Source: an uncultured delta proteobacterium
GTDB lineage: Bacteria; Desulfobacterota; Binatia; Binatales; Binataceae
DNA length: 64,000 nt
Direction of reading: 5' to 3'
NCBI GenBank assembly: GCA_963808235.1
Contig: CAWEEQ010000001.1
Coordinates: forward strand, 96,001 to 160,000
Shown one piece after another: positions 1-10,173 of the stretch. Position numbers and translations under genes: made by a program. Below the pieces are notes generated by a model. The model was given only the letters and a program-made list of their open reading frames with translations. It had not been told where the DNA came from and ran no database searches. Position 1 is the first letter of the stretch. The number at the start of each line of letters is the position of its first letter.

Positions 1-2
1 CC

Positions 3-401
3 TATACGGGGGTGAAGCCCGAACAGAACAATCAGGTATCGGGTCTCATCAACCTGATGCGTAACATCGGCGCCAGCACGGGTATCTCGTTGACCGGCGC
101 GATGATAACCGAGCGTGGACAGTTCCATCAGGCGCAACTTGCGCAGAGTGCGACCTCCTACAGCTCGCACATGCAGGCGGCAATTCAGAACCTGGCGGGC
201 AGACTCGGTCCGGCCGGGCTGAGCACGCCCGATGCCACCCATCAGGCTTATGGCCGTATCTACGCGGCACTGGTGGGACAGGCGCAGACGCTGGCTTACA
301 TCGATACTTTCTGGGTAATGGCAATCGGCACGTTGCTCCTGATTCCGCTGGTTTTTTGTCTTGCGCGTCCTGAACGGGGCAAAGCGGTCGCAGCTCACTA
401 G
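3..401 (+). CDS. DHA2/EmrB-family MFS efflux permease, C-terminal part (5' partial)
   Basis: NLMRNIGASTG motif and QAQTLAYIDTFW plus final TM helix are typical of the EmrB/QacA C-terminus. Confidence 0.85.
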   Translation, partial: YTGVKPEQNNQVSGLINLMRNIGASTGISLTGAMITERGQFHQAQLAQSATSYSSHMQAAIQNLAGRLGPAGLSTPDATHQAYGRIYAALVGQAQTLAYIDTFWVMAIGTLLLIPLVFCLARPERGKAVAAH

Positions 402-412
402 AGGCTACAACC

Positions 413-559
413 ATGAAATCGTGCAACATCAACCTGATCGCAGCCTTTGCGTGCTTGGTCTGCGCAGTCGCTTACACCGTGGCCGGCAAACCGCCGGGCG
501 CGGTCGTAACCTTGGTCTTTCTTGGACTGGCAAACCTCGGGTTCGTTCTCGTGCGATGA
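413..559 (+). CDS. 48-aa hydrophobic small protein (two possible TM segments)
   Basis: Translated by hand: MKSCNINLIAAFACLVCAVAYTVAGKPPGAVVTLVFLGLANLGFVLVR; GAGG RBS; diverged copy at 1813. Confidence 0.55.
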   Translation: MKSCNINLIAAFACLVCAVAYTVAGKPPGAVVTLVFLGLANLGFVLVR

Positions 560-611
560 GCATTCTCGACAGTGTTTATTTAATTTAACCGAGCGCGGTG
601 AGGTTTCGGGC

Positions 612-1700
612 ATGATTCAAAAGAAATTCGTGTCGGTATTGTCGGTGCGGACGCCAAAGCGAGCTGGGCGAAGGTGGCGCACGTTCCGGCGATCAAAGGC
701 CTTCCCGGCCTGAAACTCGCGGCTGTGGCAACGCGCAACGAGCACAGTGCCCGGGAAGCGGCTGAAGCGTTCGGCGCTGATCGCTGGTTTTCCGATCCCT
801 TCGCGATGATCCGCGACGAACAGATCGATCTCATAACAATCGCGGTTAAGGTCCCCGCACACCGCGAGCTCGTTCTGGCCGCGCTGAACTCCGGCAAAAC
901 GGTCTACTGCGAGGCACCGCTGGGACGTAACGTCCGTGAGAGTGAGGAGATGGCGAGCGCGGTAGGGTCACTTCATACAGCGATCGGATTGCAGGGACGC
1001 TTGAATCCAGGCGTGCGGCGTGCGGCCCAGTTGGTTTCTTCCGGAAAAATTGGACGTCCAATAAATGCGAGAATTGTCTCCTCCACCTCCGGCTTCGGGC
1101 CGGAGCTTCCGTCCGCATATGACTATTTCAACAAGGCATCTCTGGTGCCAACCTGTTAACCATCACTGCGGGGCATACACTCGACGTGGTGGAAGCGGTC
1201 CTTGGACCGATCGTCGAGGTTGATGCCAAGACCGAAATTCTGTGGCCCACTATCAAACTTACGGATACCGGCGTGGAGAGTGCGCGTGAAACCGCCGATC
1301 ATGCAGGTATATTGGGAAAGACGCAATCTGGTGCGGTATTTAGAGCCGACATCAGCGGCGGTGTAAGCGCCACGGATGCTCGCTTCAGGTTTGAGATCAG
1401 CGGATCGGCGGGCTGGCTCAGCTTGACCAGCGATCACCCTTACGGCTTCCAGGCTGGCGATCTAAAGGTGACGTCAGGCCTCGCATTCTTGGCACCCGAG
1501 GAGCCCGTGGTCTCCGGCGGGCTCATGGGTGCGGCGATCAACGTCGGAGAGGTCTACTCTCATCTTGTCCGCGATGTGCGTGCGGGCACCTACAGCACAC
1601 CCGGCTTTGAACACGCCGTTCATAACGCCCGCCTCATCGAGGCTGTAATGCATGCCTCTGAATGCGGCGTGCGGCAGAACGTTACACTGGAGTTAGTGAT
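612..1700 (+). pseudogene. Gfo/Idh/MocA oxidoreductase broken by two 1-bp deletions (~615, ~1140); real or sequencing error
   Basis: EIRVGIVGADAKASWAKVAH, VYCEAPLG, and GANLLTITAGHTLD appear across frames; 3' end approximate because the ORF reads through to 1974. Confidence 0.75.
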
Positions 1701-1812
1701 CGGCGGGGCAGGAGCGCGACTGCCTGAAAATTTCCTCGGTCGCAATCTGACCTTCGTAACATTCGCCTTTCAGCCTTCTGCTCTTGGGTTCGCTCAACTA
1801 GAGGTTACAGTC

Positions 1813-1974
1813 ATGAAATGCACCAGCATCAACTTGATCGCTGCTGGTGCCCGCCTGGCTTTCGGAATCGCCTACAAGGCAGCAAACAGACCGGTAACGG
1901 CGATTGCCATTGAATCCATCGACGAGGACGAATCACGATTGGCAATGCATTCGAGTTACACCGACCGACGTTAG
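1813..1974 (+). CDS. 53-aa small ORF, diverged paralog of 413-559
   Basis: MKCTSINLIAAGARLAFGIAY vs MKSCNINLIAAFACLVCAVAY; same CTAGAGG-TACA--CATGAAAT upstream. Confidence 0.4.
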   Translation: MKCTSINLIAAGARLAFGIAYKAANRPVTAIAIESIDEDESRLAMHSSYTDRR

Positions 1975-2175
1975 CCAACTTTCTCGCCACGCGTCGTGCG
2001 CGAAGGACACGGTACTCCGGCTTCGATTGCCAACGCGGCGGCTTGAGTGGGCGGAGTCTGAGGATGGCGATGAAGTCCTGACCGAGGAATTCAGCCCGAC
2101 ATAGCCCGCGGCCGCTGCGAAAGTCAAAGGATCTCTTGCAGCGCGGGGTCCTCCGGGAGCACCTTTGGAGGCACG

Positions 2176-3348
2176 ATGAGCACGTCTCACCAATCCACAT
2201 TTGCGTCCGCGCGCAGAATTCAGTTCGCTTTCACCGATGAGCAGGAGCAATTTCGCACGGCGGTTCGGCGATTTCTAAACGACAAATCTCCTACTGCTGA
2301 GATTCGGCGCCTGATGGCGACTGCCGCGGGTTATGATCCTGAGGTGTGGCGCCAGTTGAGCGAGGATCTGGCACTGCCCGGCATCCACGTACCAGAGCAA
2401 TATGGCGGCGCAGGGTTTGGCATGGTGGAGCTTTGCATCGTTACGGAAGAGCTTGGCCGCGCACTGCTCTGCGCTCCTTATTTCTCTACGGCCGTGCTCG
2501 CTGCCAACGCGATTCTGTGCGCTGGTACCGATGAGCAGAAATCTGCATTGTTGCCCGAGATCGCAAAAGGCGCACGCTTGGCGACGCTAGCGGTCACCGA
2601 GCCCGACGGCAATTGGGATCCAGCCGGCATCAAGGTTGTCGCCACTCCCGATTCGGACGGCTACCGTCTCGACGGAGTCAAAAGTTTCGTCCTGGACGGC
2701 CACGTGGCGGAACTGTTGATCGTCGCCGCACGCGCCCCGAAGACTACCGGCCTTGAAGGATTGGCGCTGTTCACGCTCGATGCGAATGCCGCCGGCGTCG
2801 AACGACGCCTCCTCGAATCGATGGATCCTACTCGCAAGATCGCGCGCATCGATTTTCGAGGCGCTCGCGCGAAGCTGCTCGGCAATCTCGATGATGGTGC
2901 GGCTCCAATCCTCCGCACTCTCGATCGGGCGGCGATCGCGCTTGCTAACGAGATGGTGGGCGGCACCCAGACGATGCTGGACTCGGCGGTAAGTTATGCG
3001 AAGCTGCGGGTGCAATTCGGGCGGACCATAGGCTCGTTCCAGGCCATCAAGCACAAGCTCGCCGATATGCTGCTGGACCTGGAGCTTGCCAAGTCGGCGG
3101 CCTACTACGCAGCTCAAGCCGCGGCGGCGGACGATCCCGAGTGGCCCGCACTGGCCAGTCTCGCCAAAGCTGCCGCGTCAGAAACGTACCTGCATACCGC
3201 CGCCGAATGTATTCAGATTCATGGCGGCATCGGCTTCACTTGGGACAACGACACGCATCTCTGGTTCAAGCGAGCCAAAAGCTCGGAGGTGTTCCTCGGT
3301 CAACCGAGTTATCACCGGGAACTCCTGATGCAACGATGGGGAGTTTGA
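2176..3348 (+). CDS. Acyl-CoA dehydrogenase family protein (likely one subunit of a FadE-type pair)
   Basis: RVQFGRTIGSFQAIKHKLADM, CIQIHGGIGFTW. Confidence 0.92.
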   Translation: MSTSHQSTFASARRIQFAFTDEQEQFRTAVRRFLNDKSPTAEIRRLMATAAGYDPEVWRQLSEDLALPGIHVPEQYGGAGFGMVELCIVTEELGRALLCAPYFSTAVLAANAILCAGTDEQKSALLPEIAKGARLATLAVTEPDGNWDPAGIKVVATPDSDGYRLDGVKSFVLDGHVAELLIVAARAPKTTGLEGLALFTLDANAAGVERRLLESMDPTRKIARIDFRGARAKLLGNLDDGAAPILRTLDRAAIALANEMVGGTQTMLDSAVSYAKLRVQFGRTIGSFQAIKHKLADMLLDLELAKSAAYYAAQAAAADDPEWPALASLAKAAASETYLHTAAECIQIHGGIGFTWDNDTHLWFKRAKSSEVFLGQPSYHRELLMQRWGV

Positions 3349-3352
3349 AACG

Positions 3353-4597
3353 ATGAGCAAAGTCAGCGAAGCCGAGGTGCGTGCCGAAGTGCGCGAGTGG
3401 CTGGCGGCCAACTGGGATCCCGATATGTCGCTGCTCGAGTGGCGCAGCAAGCTTGCGGATTCCGGATGGGGAATGCCGCAATGGCCGAAGGAATGGTACG
3501 GCCGCGGACTTCCGCACGCGCTGGCGCGAGTGGTGGAGGAGGAGTTCGCCAACGTCGGCGCCGTCCGCGCCGCCAGCTCCGGAGTGCGATTGCTTGCCGC
3601 CGCAACCCTGCTGGAGCACGGATCTGATCAGCAAAAGAAGAATTTCCTTCGCCGTATTCTCACCGGGGAAGATACCTGGTGCCAGTTCTTCAGCGAGCCG
3701 GGCAGCGGTTCCGATCTCGCCGGCGCAACCACCCGCGCCGATTTGAAAGGGGATTTTTGGATCGTCAACGGACAGAAGGTTTGGACGACCAGTGCGCATC
3801 ATGCCGACCACGGTCTGTTGCTCGCCCGCACCGATTGGGACGCGCCCAAGCATGAAGGGCTCTCGTATTTCGTGATCAATCTGAAGCAACCCGGTGTCGA
3901 CGTACAGCCGCTCAAGCAGATGAACGGCCACGCGTCGTTTAACCAGGTGTTCTTCACCGACGCGAAAGTCCCGAAGGAGAATCTGGTCGGGCGTGTCGGC
4001 GACGGATGGAAGGTAGCGATGACGACGCTTGCCCACGAGCGTCGCGGCGCTGACGGGTTGCCGGCACCGTCAAAGCGCGGGACCCGGGTCGGAAAGATAC
4101 ACGCCGAAGAGCGCGCAGAAACCGAAAAGGCGAATCAGCCCTACAAATGGTATCCGCAGCGCGCCGGCCGCGTGGACCTCATCATCGATCGCGCGAAGGA
4201 GACGGGCGCGAACAAGGATCCATACGTCCGCCAGGAGATAGCCAGGCTGATGACCCTGGCCAAGTGCGCCGAGTGGACTGCGCGCCGCGCGCGCGCCGCT
4301 CAGCAACAGGGACGGCCGCAAGGTCCAGAAGGCTCGCTCGGAAAGCTCGCCGCCAGTCACGTCGCGCGAGCCTGCTCCCGAGTACATACGCTGATTACGG
4401 GCACAGAAGCGATGCTGACTGGACGCGAAAGCCCGCGGGAAGGAATCATCGCGGAAATTCTGGTCTCGGTGCCCGCCGTTTCCATCGCCGGGGGAACCGA
4501 CGAAATCCAGCGCAACATCATCGCCGAGCGTGTGCTCGAGCTACCGAAAGAACCCCGCTTCGACACCGGCCCATTCCGGAACGTGCGAAAGAACTAA
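3353..4597 (+). CDS. Acyl-CoA dehydrogenase family protein (partner subunit)
   Basis: WCQFFSEPGSGSDLA, NGQKVWTT, SIAGGTDEIQRNII. Confidence 0.92.
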   Translation: MSKVSEAEVRAEVREWLAANWDPDMSLLEWRSKLADSGWGMPQWPKEWYGRGLPHALARVVEEEFANVGAVRAASSGVRLLAAATLLEHGSDQQKKNFLRRILTGEDTWCQFFSEPGSGSDLAGATTRADLKGDFWIVNGQKVWTTSAHHADHGLLLARTDWDAPKHEGLSYFVINLKQPGVDVQPLKQMNGHASFNQVFFTDAKVPKENLVGRVGDGWKVAMTTLAHERRGADGLPAPSKRGTRVGKIHAEERAETEKANQPYKWYPQRAGRVDLIIDRAKETGANKDPYVRQEIARLMTLAKCAEWTARRARAAQQQGRPQGPEGSLGKLAASHVARACSRVHTLITGTEAMLTGRESPREGIIAEILVSVPAVSIAGGTDEIQRNIIAERVLELPKEPRFDTGPFRNVRKN

Positions 4598-4692
4598 GGG
4601 CTCGGGGTGCGGTCCCTGTCGCTACCGAAAACTCAATCTGAACCCGAGTTTGAGTTGTCTAGCGTTCGCAATCCCGTCTAAGGAGACGAACG

Positions 4693-5508
4693 ATGTCTGA
4701 CAAAATCGCGGTGACCGACGTGAAATTGAAATACGCGACCATCCAGGAAGCGAAGACAATGTCGGGGCTGCGTCTCATCCTCGGCGCGAGCACAGTCCCG
4801 GGTCCGTGGCGGGAAGCATGCAAGGGAATGTTTTACGTGAAAGGAGTTCCCTACACTCCGGTCGCATCCGCGGGTCAGGATGGCTCCCAGCGCGAGCTGG
4901 TTGATTGGACCGCGCAAACGAGCGCGCCGGTCGCTATTTGGAATGATGAACGCCCGCGCTCGACCTGGATGGAGCAGCTCTATCTCGCCGAGCGCCTGCA
5001 ACCCGAACCGGCGATGATTCCGGCAGAGGCGGACGATCGCGTTTCGATGTTCGGCCTTATCAATGAAATTGCGGGGGAAAACGGCCTCGGATGGCAACGG
5101 CGGCACCTCCTGATCAAAGGCAACGTCAGCAATCCGGCCACCGATCGACGAACGAAGGATTTCTGGCACCGCTTCGGCGAAAAGTATTTGTTTAGCGAGG
5201 AAGCTGCGGCGGCTGCTCCCTTGCGGGTCGCGTCGATTCTGAAATTTCTCGCCGAGCGTCTCGATCGTCAGAAGGCTAAGGGCAGCAAATTTTTCATCGG
5301 CGACAAGCTCTCGGCCGTCGATATCTATTGGGCCACGTTCGCCGCGCTGTTGCGTCCGATGCCGCCCGAGTTGTGCCCGATGGCCACGTCGTTTCGCGAA
5401 ATGTACACCGAGAAGAATCCGCTGATCGCGGCGGCGACAGCGCCGTCGCTGATGGAGCATCGCGATTTCATCTATAGCGAATACCTGGAGTTACCGGTGA
5501 TTTTCTAG
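4693..5508 (+). CDS. Glutathione S-transferase-like protein
   Basis: PGPWREACK, QTSAPV, FFIGDKLSAVDIYWA; AAGGAG RBS. Confidence 0.65.
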   Translation: MSDKIAVTDVKLKYATIQEAKTMSGLRLILGASTVPGPWREACKGMFYVKGVPYTPVASAGQDGSQRELVDWTAQTSAPVAIWNDERPRSTWMEQLYLAERLQPEPAMIPAEADDRVSMFGLINEIAGENGLGWQRRHLLIKGNVSNPATDRRTKDFWHRFGEKYLFSEEAAAAAPLRVASILKFLAERLDRQKAKGSKFFIGDKLSAVDIYWATFAALLRPMPPELCPMATSFREMYTEKNPLIAAATAPSLMEHRDFIYSEYLELPVIF

Positions 5509-6521
5509 CGATATTCGTCGCCGCAGTCGCCGATAGCCTTCAACAGGTCGCGCGACTTAGCGAGTACCGCGTCGATGCTGGTGCGATCTTTCGCATCGAG
5601 CGCGAAGCTGAACACGCGCGCATTGTCGGCGATATGCTGCGCGACCCCGAGCCGCGTGCCCACGATTACTCCGGCAACAGCGGGACGATCCAGGATGTAC
5701 CGAATGCCCACGTCGGCAACACTCGCCGCATGCTCGTCTGCGATCGGTTTCAAAGCGCCGAGCAGTTCCTGGAACAGTGTCCATCCTCCCCACACATCGA
5801 TCATGTTGCTGTACTTTTGCAGCGACGCAGTGTTGAGCTCACCGCGATGTGGCGCCGGACGACCGTGATATTTTTCCGAAAGCAACCCGCCGAGCAGGGT
5901 GCCATAGGTGAGCAATGTGATGTTGTGATCGCGGCAGAACCCCGCCATTGCCGCTTCGGGACGGCGATCAACCAGCGAGTACTGCACCTGGTTGGAGACA
6001 ATGCGAATGCCAGCATCACTGATGATTCGTAGACGCTCGGTGTCGAAGTTGGTGAGCGCGAGATGACGTATCTTGCCCTCGAGTTCCAGGTCGGCGAGAT
6101 GCTTGAGCGCATCGAGGTAGCTGCGATCCGCGTAGTCCCACCAATGGAATTGCAGAAGGTCGAGGCACTCGACGCCCATGCGCGAGAGCGAGCGTCCGAT
6201 CGCATCGTCGACCATTCGTCGGGTAACGCGACCCGGCCGCGGTACCCATTTGGTGAACGCTTGAATCTCCGAAAGGCGCTGCGCACCGTGACGCGTAACA
6301 AATTCGCGCCGAAACTCGCCGACGAAATCCTCGGCGGGGCCATAATGGTCGGCAAGATCCCAGCTCGTAAATCCGGCATCGTGGTACGCAAACATCTCGG
6401 CGATCGCGCGCCGAGGATCGATGTGCCCATGCGCACCGGAGACCTGCCACATGCCATTGAGAACACGGCAGATGCTGAGATCGGAGGCGAATTGGAAGCG
6501 GCACGATATGGGTAATGCCAT
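5505..6521 (-). CDS. Aldo/keto reductase
   Basis: GMWQ, DLADHYG, LDLLQFHWWD, SNQVQYSLVDRRP. Confidence 0.9.
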   Translation of the reverse strand: MALPISCRFQFASDLSICRVLNGMWQVSGAHGHIDPRRAIAEMFAYHDAGFTSWDLADHYGPAEDFVGEFRREFVTRHGAQRLSEIQAFTKWVPRPGRVTRRMVDDAIGRSLSRMGVECLDLLQFHWWDYADRSYLDALKHLADLELEGKIRHLALTNFDTERLRIISDAGIRIVSNQVQYSLVDRRPEAAMAGFCRDHNITLLTYGTLLGGLLSEKYHGRPAPHRGELNTASLQKYSNMIDVWGGWTLFQELLGALKPIADEHAASVADVGIRYILDRPAVAGVIVGTRLGVAQHIADNARVFSFALDAKDRTSIDAVLAKSRDLLKAIGDCGDEYR

Positions 6522-6646
6522 GGCCGCGATTCTAGCTCTTGCAGCTGCAGTCGCGAAGTTGAGGGCTCGACCGATTCGCGTGATTCGGTGCTAAGCTTGC
6601 AGCGACTCAAAGACCGCACGCAAAACCATAGCGAGGAAATTTATCG

Positions 6647-7510
6647 ATGAAAATTGGCGCATTGGTTTTTCTCACCGAGCAATCCGGCAACCCGGGCGCA
6701 ATCGCGCGCGAAGCTGAAGACCTGGGCTTCGAATCGTTTTTTGTCGCCGAACACATGGTGGTTCCGAGCACCTACACCACCCACTACCCGCGTTCACGCG
6801 ACGGAAAAGTCCCGGAGTTCTACGCGCGCCTGATCGATCCTTTCGTTGCACTCGCGATCGCGGCGGACACGACCTCGCGGATCAAAATCGGCACTGCTAT
6901 TTGTCTGTTGCCGCAGCGCAATGTGATCGAAACTGCCAAAGTGACGGCATCGATCGATCTCTATTCGAAGGGCCGGCTGATTCTCGGCGTCGGCGCTGGA
7001 TGGTTTCGCGAGGAAGCAGAAGTCATGGGCGTCAACTTCGCACGGCGCTGGCAGCATCTGCGCGAATCCGTCGAAGCGTTGCGCAAGCTGTGGAGCGGCG
7101 ACGACGTCAGCTATGCGGGCGAGATCGTGAAGTTCCCGCCGGTAAAGCTCGGGCCCAAGCCGGTGCAAAAGCCGGGTCCACCGATATTGCTCGGCGCGCA
7201 CGATCCGAAGTACGCGCTCAAACGTGTCGCGCGCTACGCAGACGGATGGTGCCCGGGCGGCCTTAGCGCCGAGAAGGCGCGCGAGTGCATTCCGCAGATC
7301 AAAAGGATGGCAAAAGAGTTCGGCCGCGATCCTGACCAGCTCGAGTTCTCGGTGCTGCTGGGCGCGGAAGGACCGAGCGCCGATGTGATGAAGCAATACC
7401 AGGAGGCGGGCGTGACCCGGCTGGTCGTAGCCGCGTCCGCAGTATCGGAAGATGGCGTCAAAGTGGTGCGAGGACTGAGATCGGTCGTCGAGCGCGCGGC
7501 GAAGCTATAG
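6647..7510 (+). CDS. LLM-class (probably F420-dependent) oxidoreductase
   Basis: GFESFFVAEH, DPFVALA, GRLILGVGAGW, PKPVQKPGPPI. Confidence 0.9.
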   Translation: MKIGALVFLTEQSGNPGAIAREAEDLGFESFFVAEHMVVPSTYTTHYPRSRDGKVPEFYARLIDPFVALAIAADTTSRIKIGTAICLLPQRNVIETAKVTASIDLYSKGRLILGVGAGWFREEAEVMGVNFARRWQHLRESVEALRKLWSGDDVSYAGEIVKFPPVKLGPKPVQKPGPPILLGAHDPKYALKRVARYADGWCPGGLSAEKARECIPQIKRMAKEFGRDPDQLEFSVLLGAEGPSADVMKQYQEAGVTRLVVAASAVSEDGVKVVRGLRSVVERAAKL

Positions 7511-7579
7511 CCTACTCCATCAACTACAAAATCGAATTGGGTCCAGATTTTGAATGAGTATCAGAGCCGGAGACTCTAG

Positions 7580-7687
7580 ATGAAACAGCTGATCGATCTG
7601 AAGGGAAGACGTGCGCTGGCTACCGGCGGTGGTCGCGGAATCGGCCGTTCAATCGCGCTTGCGCTGGGCGACTCCGGGGCCGATTAG
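7580..7687 (+). pseudogene. N-terminal remnant of an SDR oxidoreductase
   Basis: MKQLIDLKGRRALATGGGRGIGRSIALALGDSGAD then stop; GGAG RBS. Confidence 0.7.
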
Positions 7688-8151
7688 CGGCCAGAGCTTT
7701 TCGGCGGACGATTCATCATGCGATGATCGACGTATGCAACCAACTCACCCTTCTGATTGGTGAGCGTCGAGCGCACCACCGCAAAGATCATCGTTCCTGT
7801 ACGACCGGTTTTTTCATAGGTCTCCTTCGGTTCGGATGAGACTCGAATTGAATCGCCGACCCGAATCGGGACAAGCAGTTCAAGGTCGATACCGGCCATG
7901 AGTCCTCCTCGAGCAAAAGCAGGGAGACTCTCGAAAACATCGTCCGCGTATTGAAACGCGGCCACGAAGGCGGGTGGAGCGATGATCCCGCGGTGAGGGC
8001 CCGCCGCTGCCACTGCAGGATCGAGATAGAGCGGATTAGTCTCGCCGACCGCGACGCAAAAGTTCGCGATTCGTTCCGCGGTTACAGCTAAGGGCTCGCG
8101 CACCTTCAAGGTGCTGCCCGTCATGTCCGACTTGCCTGTCGCATCCGCCAT
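7684..8151 (-). CDS. MaoC-family dehydratase (hot-dog fold)
   Basis: ETNPLYLD, IIAPPAF, PIRVGDSI; start re-set to MADATG. Confidence 0.8.
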   Translation of the reverse strand: MADATGKSDMTGSTLKVREPLAVTAERIANFCVAVGETNPLYLDPAVAAAGPHRGIIAPPAFVAAFQYADDVFESLPAFARGGLMAGIDLELLVPIRVGDSIRVSSEPKETYEKTGRTGTMIFAVVRSTLTNQKGELVAYVDHRMMNRPPKSSGR

Positions 8152-8153
8152 AG

Positions 8154-9044
8154 CTAAACGTGGCGCCGCAGAAAGTCGAACATGAGCCGCAGTCCCTCGC
8201 GACACCCCGCGAGCTCCGTCATTTGCATGAACGCGTGCGGCATCTCCTCGACTATGTGCAATTCGTTCTCGATTCCCGCTCGGCTGATTGCATCGGCAAC
8301 AGTGCGCGATTCTCCCACGATGGCATCTGCCGTGCCTGCGATGATAAAGCTCGGCGGTAACGCCCCCGGCTTGATTGCGCGAATCGGACTCACCCGCGGA
8401 TCGTTCAAGGCCGCGGGATAGTTGGCGCCAAGATAGGCCTTGGCCAACGGTTCCGCGGCTTCCTTTGCCATTGCCACAAGACCCGCAAAATCGAACGCGC
8501 CATAAATCAAGATCGCCGCCTTGAATTTTGGTCCCCGCTGAGAGGAAGCAATCGCCGTCAATGCGGCAGCGGTCAGGTTGCCACCGGCCGAATCGCCACC
8601 CATCGCCATCCGCGTCGCATCGCCGCCAAAGCGGCCAGCGTTCTCCGCAGCCCAGTGCGACGTGAACACGCAATCGTCGAACCCGGCTGGAAATGGGTTC
8701 TCCGGCGCGAGTCGGTAGTTCGGCGCGATGGTTAAATATCCCGCCTCGGCGAACTGCTTCACGAGCTTGCGATGCGTCGTGGAACTGCCACGCGTCCACG
8801 CGCCGCCATGAATGTAGATTACGACCGGAAAAGGAGCGCTACCTTTCGGCACTGCGATATCGGCGTATAGCTCGGCCCTGAGATGCACCCCTTCGTGATA
8901 TGCACCGATCACGGGCGGATTGGCATTGAACTCCTCGAAATAGTCCGCGAGCTTCTTTCTCTGCTCGAGAAGAGATCCTTGGTCCGGCTTCAAATAGAAT
9001 TCATTCCAGCGCCGAATTATGTCCTGCTCGTGTAGTGTCAACAT
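8154..9044 (-). CDS. Alpha/beta hydrolase, HSL/Aes-like esterase
   Basis: HGGAW, YRLAPE, GDSAGG, MPHAF. Confidence 0.92.
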   Translation of the reverse strand: MLTLHEQDIIRRWNEFYLKPDQGSLLEQRKKLADYFEEFNANPPVIGAYHEGVHLRAELYADIAVPKGSAPFPVVIYIHGGAWTRGSSTTHRKLVKQFAEAGYLTIAPNYRLAPENPFPAGFDDCVFTSHWAAENAGRFGGDATRMAMGGDSAGGNLTAAALTAIASSQRGPKFKAAILIYGAFDFAGLVAMAKEAAEPLAKAYLGANYPAALNDPRVSPIRAIKPGALPPSFIIAGTADAIVGESRTVADAISRAGIENELHIVEEMPHAFMQMTELAGCREGLRLMFDFLRRHV

Positions 9045-9533
9045 CGCGCACCTCCAAGCAATGAGTGCCCACCACTCGGACTCATTTGCAACCTTCCTCC
9101 CCTCTCAAGAATCAATTTCCGCGACGTTTTTCTTTCGCAGCGGCTGCACCGGATTGAATCAGGCGGTCGATCTCGGCCACGCTATAACCGACCTCCCGAC
9201 CTCCCTTGGAGCCCTCCGTACGTTCGCGGCGATACAGTCCGCGCATGATCGCGCCGAACAATGTTGCCGCAGTTGGATGATCACCCATCGACTAGTCAGA
9301 AGCCAGTGTAGTGGAAGCCTGTACTTGGATAACCCGGAACTGAGGAGAACGTGCGCCAGAGATCGCCGTCTGGCGGCCTTTCGACTTTGACTGCGTCGGC
9401 GTCGAAGTCGGACAGGATAGTGGCAGCCGCCGGTCCGGCTACATAAGTTGCGCAGTTGATCACTTTCAGTCCGGTCAGAATGCCGTCATCTGTTTTCGTA
9501 AGACTCCCTAGCAGCCGCGAATATTTTTGGCTC

Positions 9534-10046
9534 CTAGCGACCCATCTTCAGGAGATCGTCGCCCGCCCATCCTTCTTTCAGCGGGACCATGAAGAATGGA
9601 GTGAGACTCATTTTGCTAAAGCGCCAGCGCCCATCGCGCTTTAGGTACTCGTCGTTGTAGCGAGCAGCGACGACGTAGCTCTCGCCATTATAAACCGGCT
9701 TGGCTTCCAGGTAGGCGTAGCCACTAGCGCGATCACCGTTGAGCTTCAGGACATGGTTATGGATGAACTGCCGGACGCGATAAAGACCGCGGCGGCTGTC
9801 AGGGGCGGAGCGATCGCGGCCGAGGCCCGAGAAAAACGCCTTGATTTGTTCGCGGCCTTTGGCCTTGCCCAGATGCCCGAAATCGAGTTCGCCGTCCTCC
9901 GTGAAGAGGTCGGGAATCTCTGCCATTTGAGCTTCGTTGATACATTCATGGTAGCGATAGCGCAGATCGCGGAGCGCCTCGCGATCGTAAAGGTCGGCAA
10001 CCTTCGCTTCCAGCTCTTTCACCTTGTCTTCGAGATTAGTAGCCAT
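9534..10046 (-). CDS. SnoaL/NTF2-family protein
   Basis: DREALRDLRYRY, LFTEDG, RYNDEYLKRDGRWRF. Confidence 0.85.
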   Translation of the reverse strand: MATNLEDKVKELEAKVADLYDREALRDLRYRYHECINEAQMAEIPDLFTEDGELDFGHLGKAKGREQIKAFFSGLGRDRSAPDSRRGLYRVRQFIHNHVLKLNGDRASGYAYLEAKPVYNGESYVVAARYNDEYLKRDGRWRFSKMSLTPFFMVPLKEGWAGDDLLKMGR

Positions 10047-10090
10047 CGTTGTGATCCTCGTAGCTATAGATTGTGCGTGATGCAGGCTAA

Positions 10091-10127
10091 CCTAACCCCG
10101 AACCCCTTCGCTTGAGGGAAGGGGAAC
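10091..10127. repeat. REP-like GC hairpin
   Basis: CCCCTTC-gcttgagg-GAAGGGG inverted repeat in an intergenic gap. Confidence 0.45.
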
Positions 10128-10173
10128 AATCGCGTGGGCCGCATCGGGATGGCTTTGTCGCAGTAAAGCCGGT

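Noticed and set aside
7684-8799. 371-aa ORF as listed
   Set aside because: Only the last 155 aa are MaoC-like; the rest is an alternative frame over the esterase gene.
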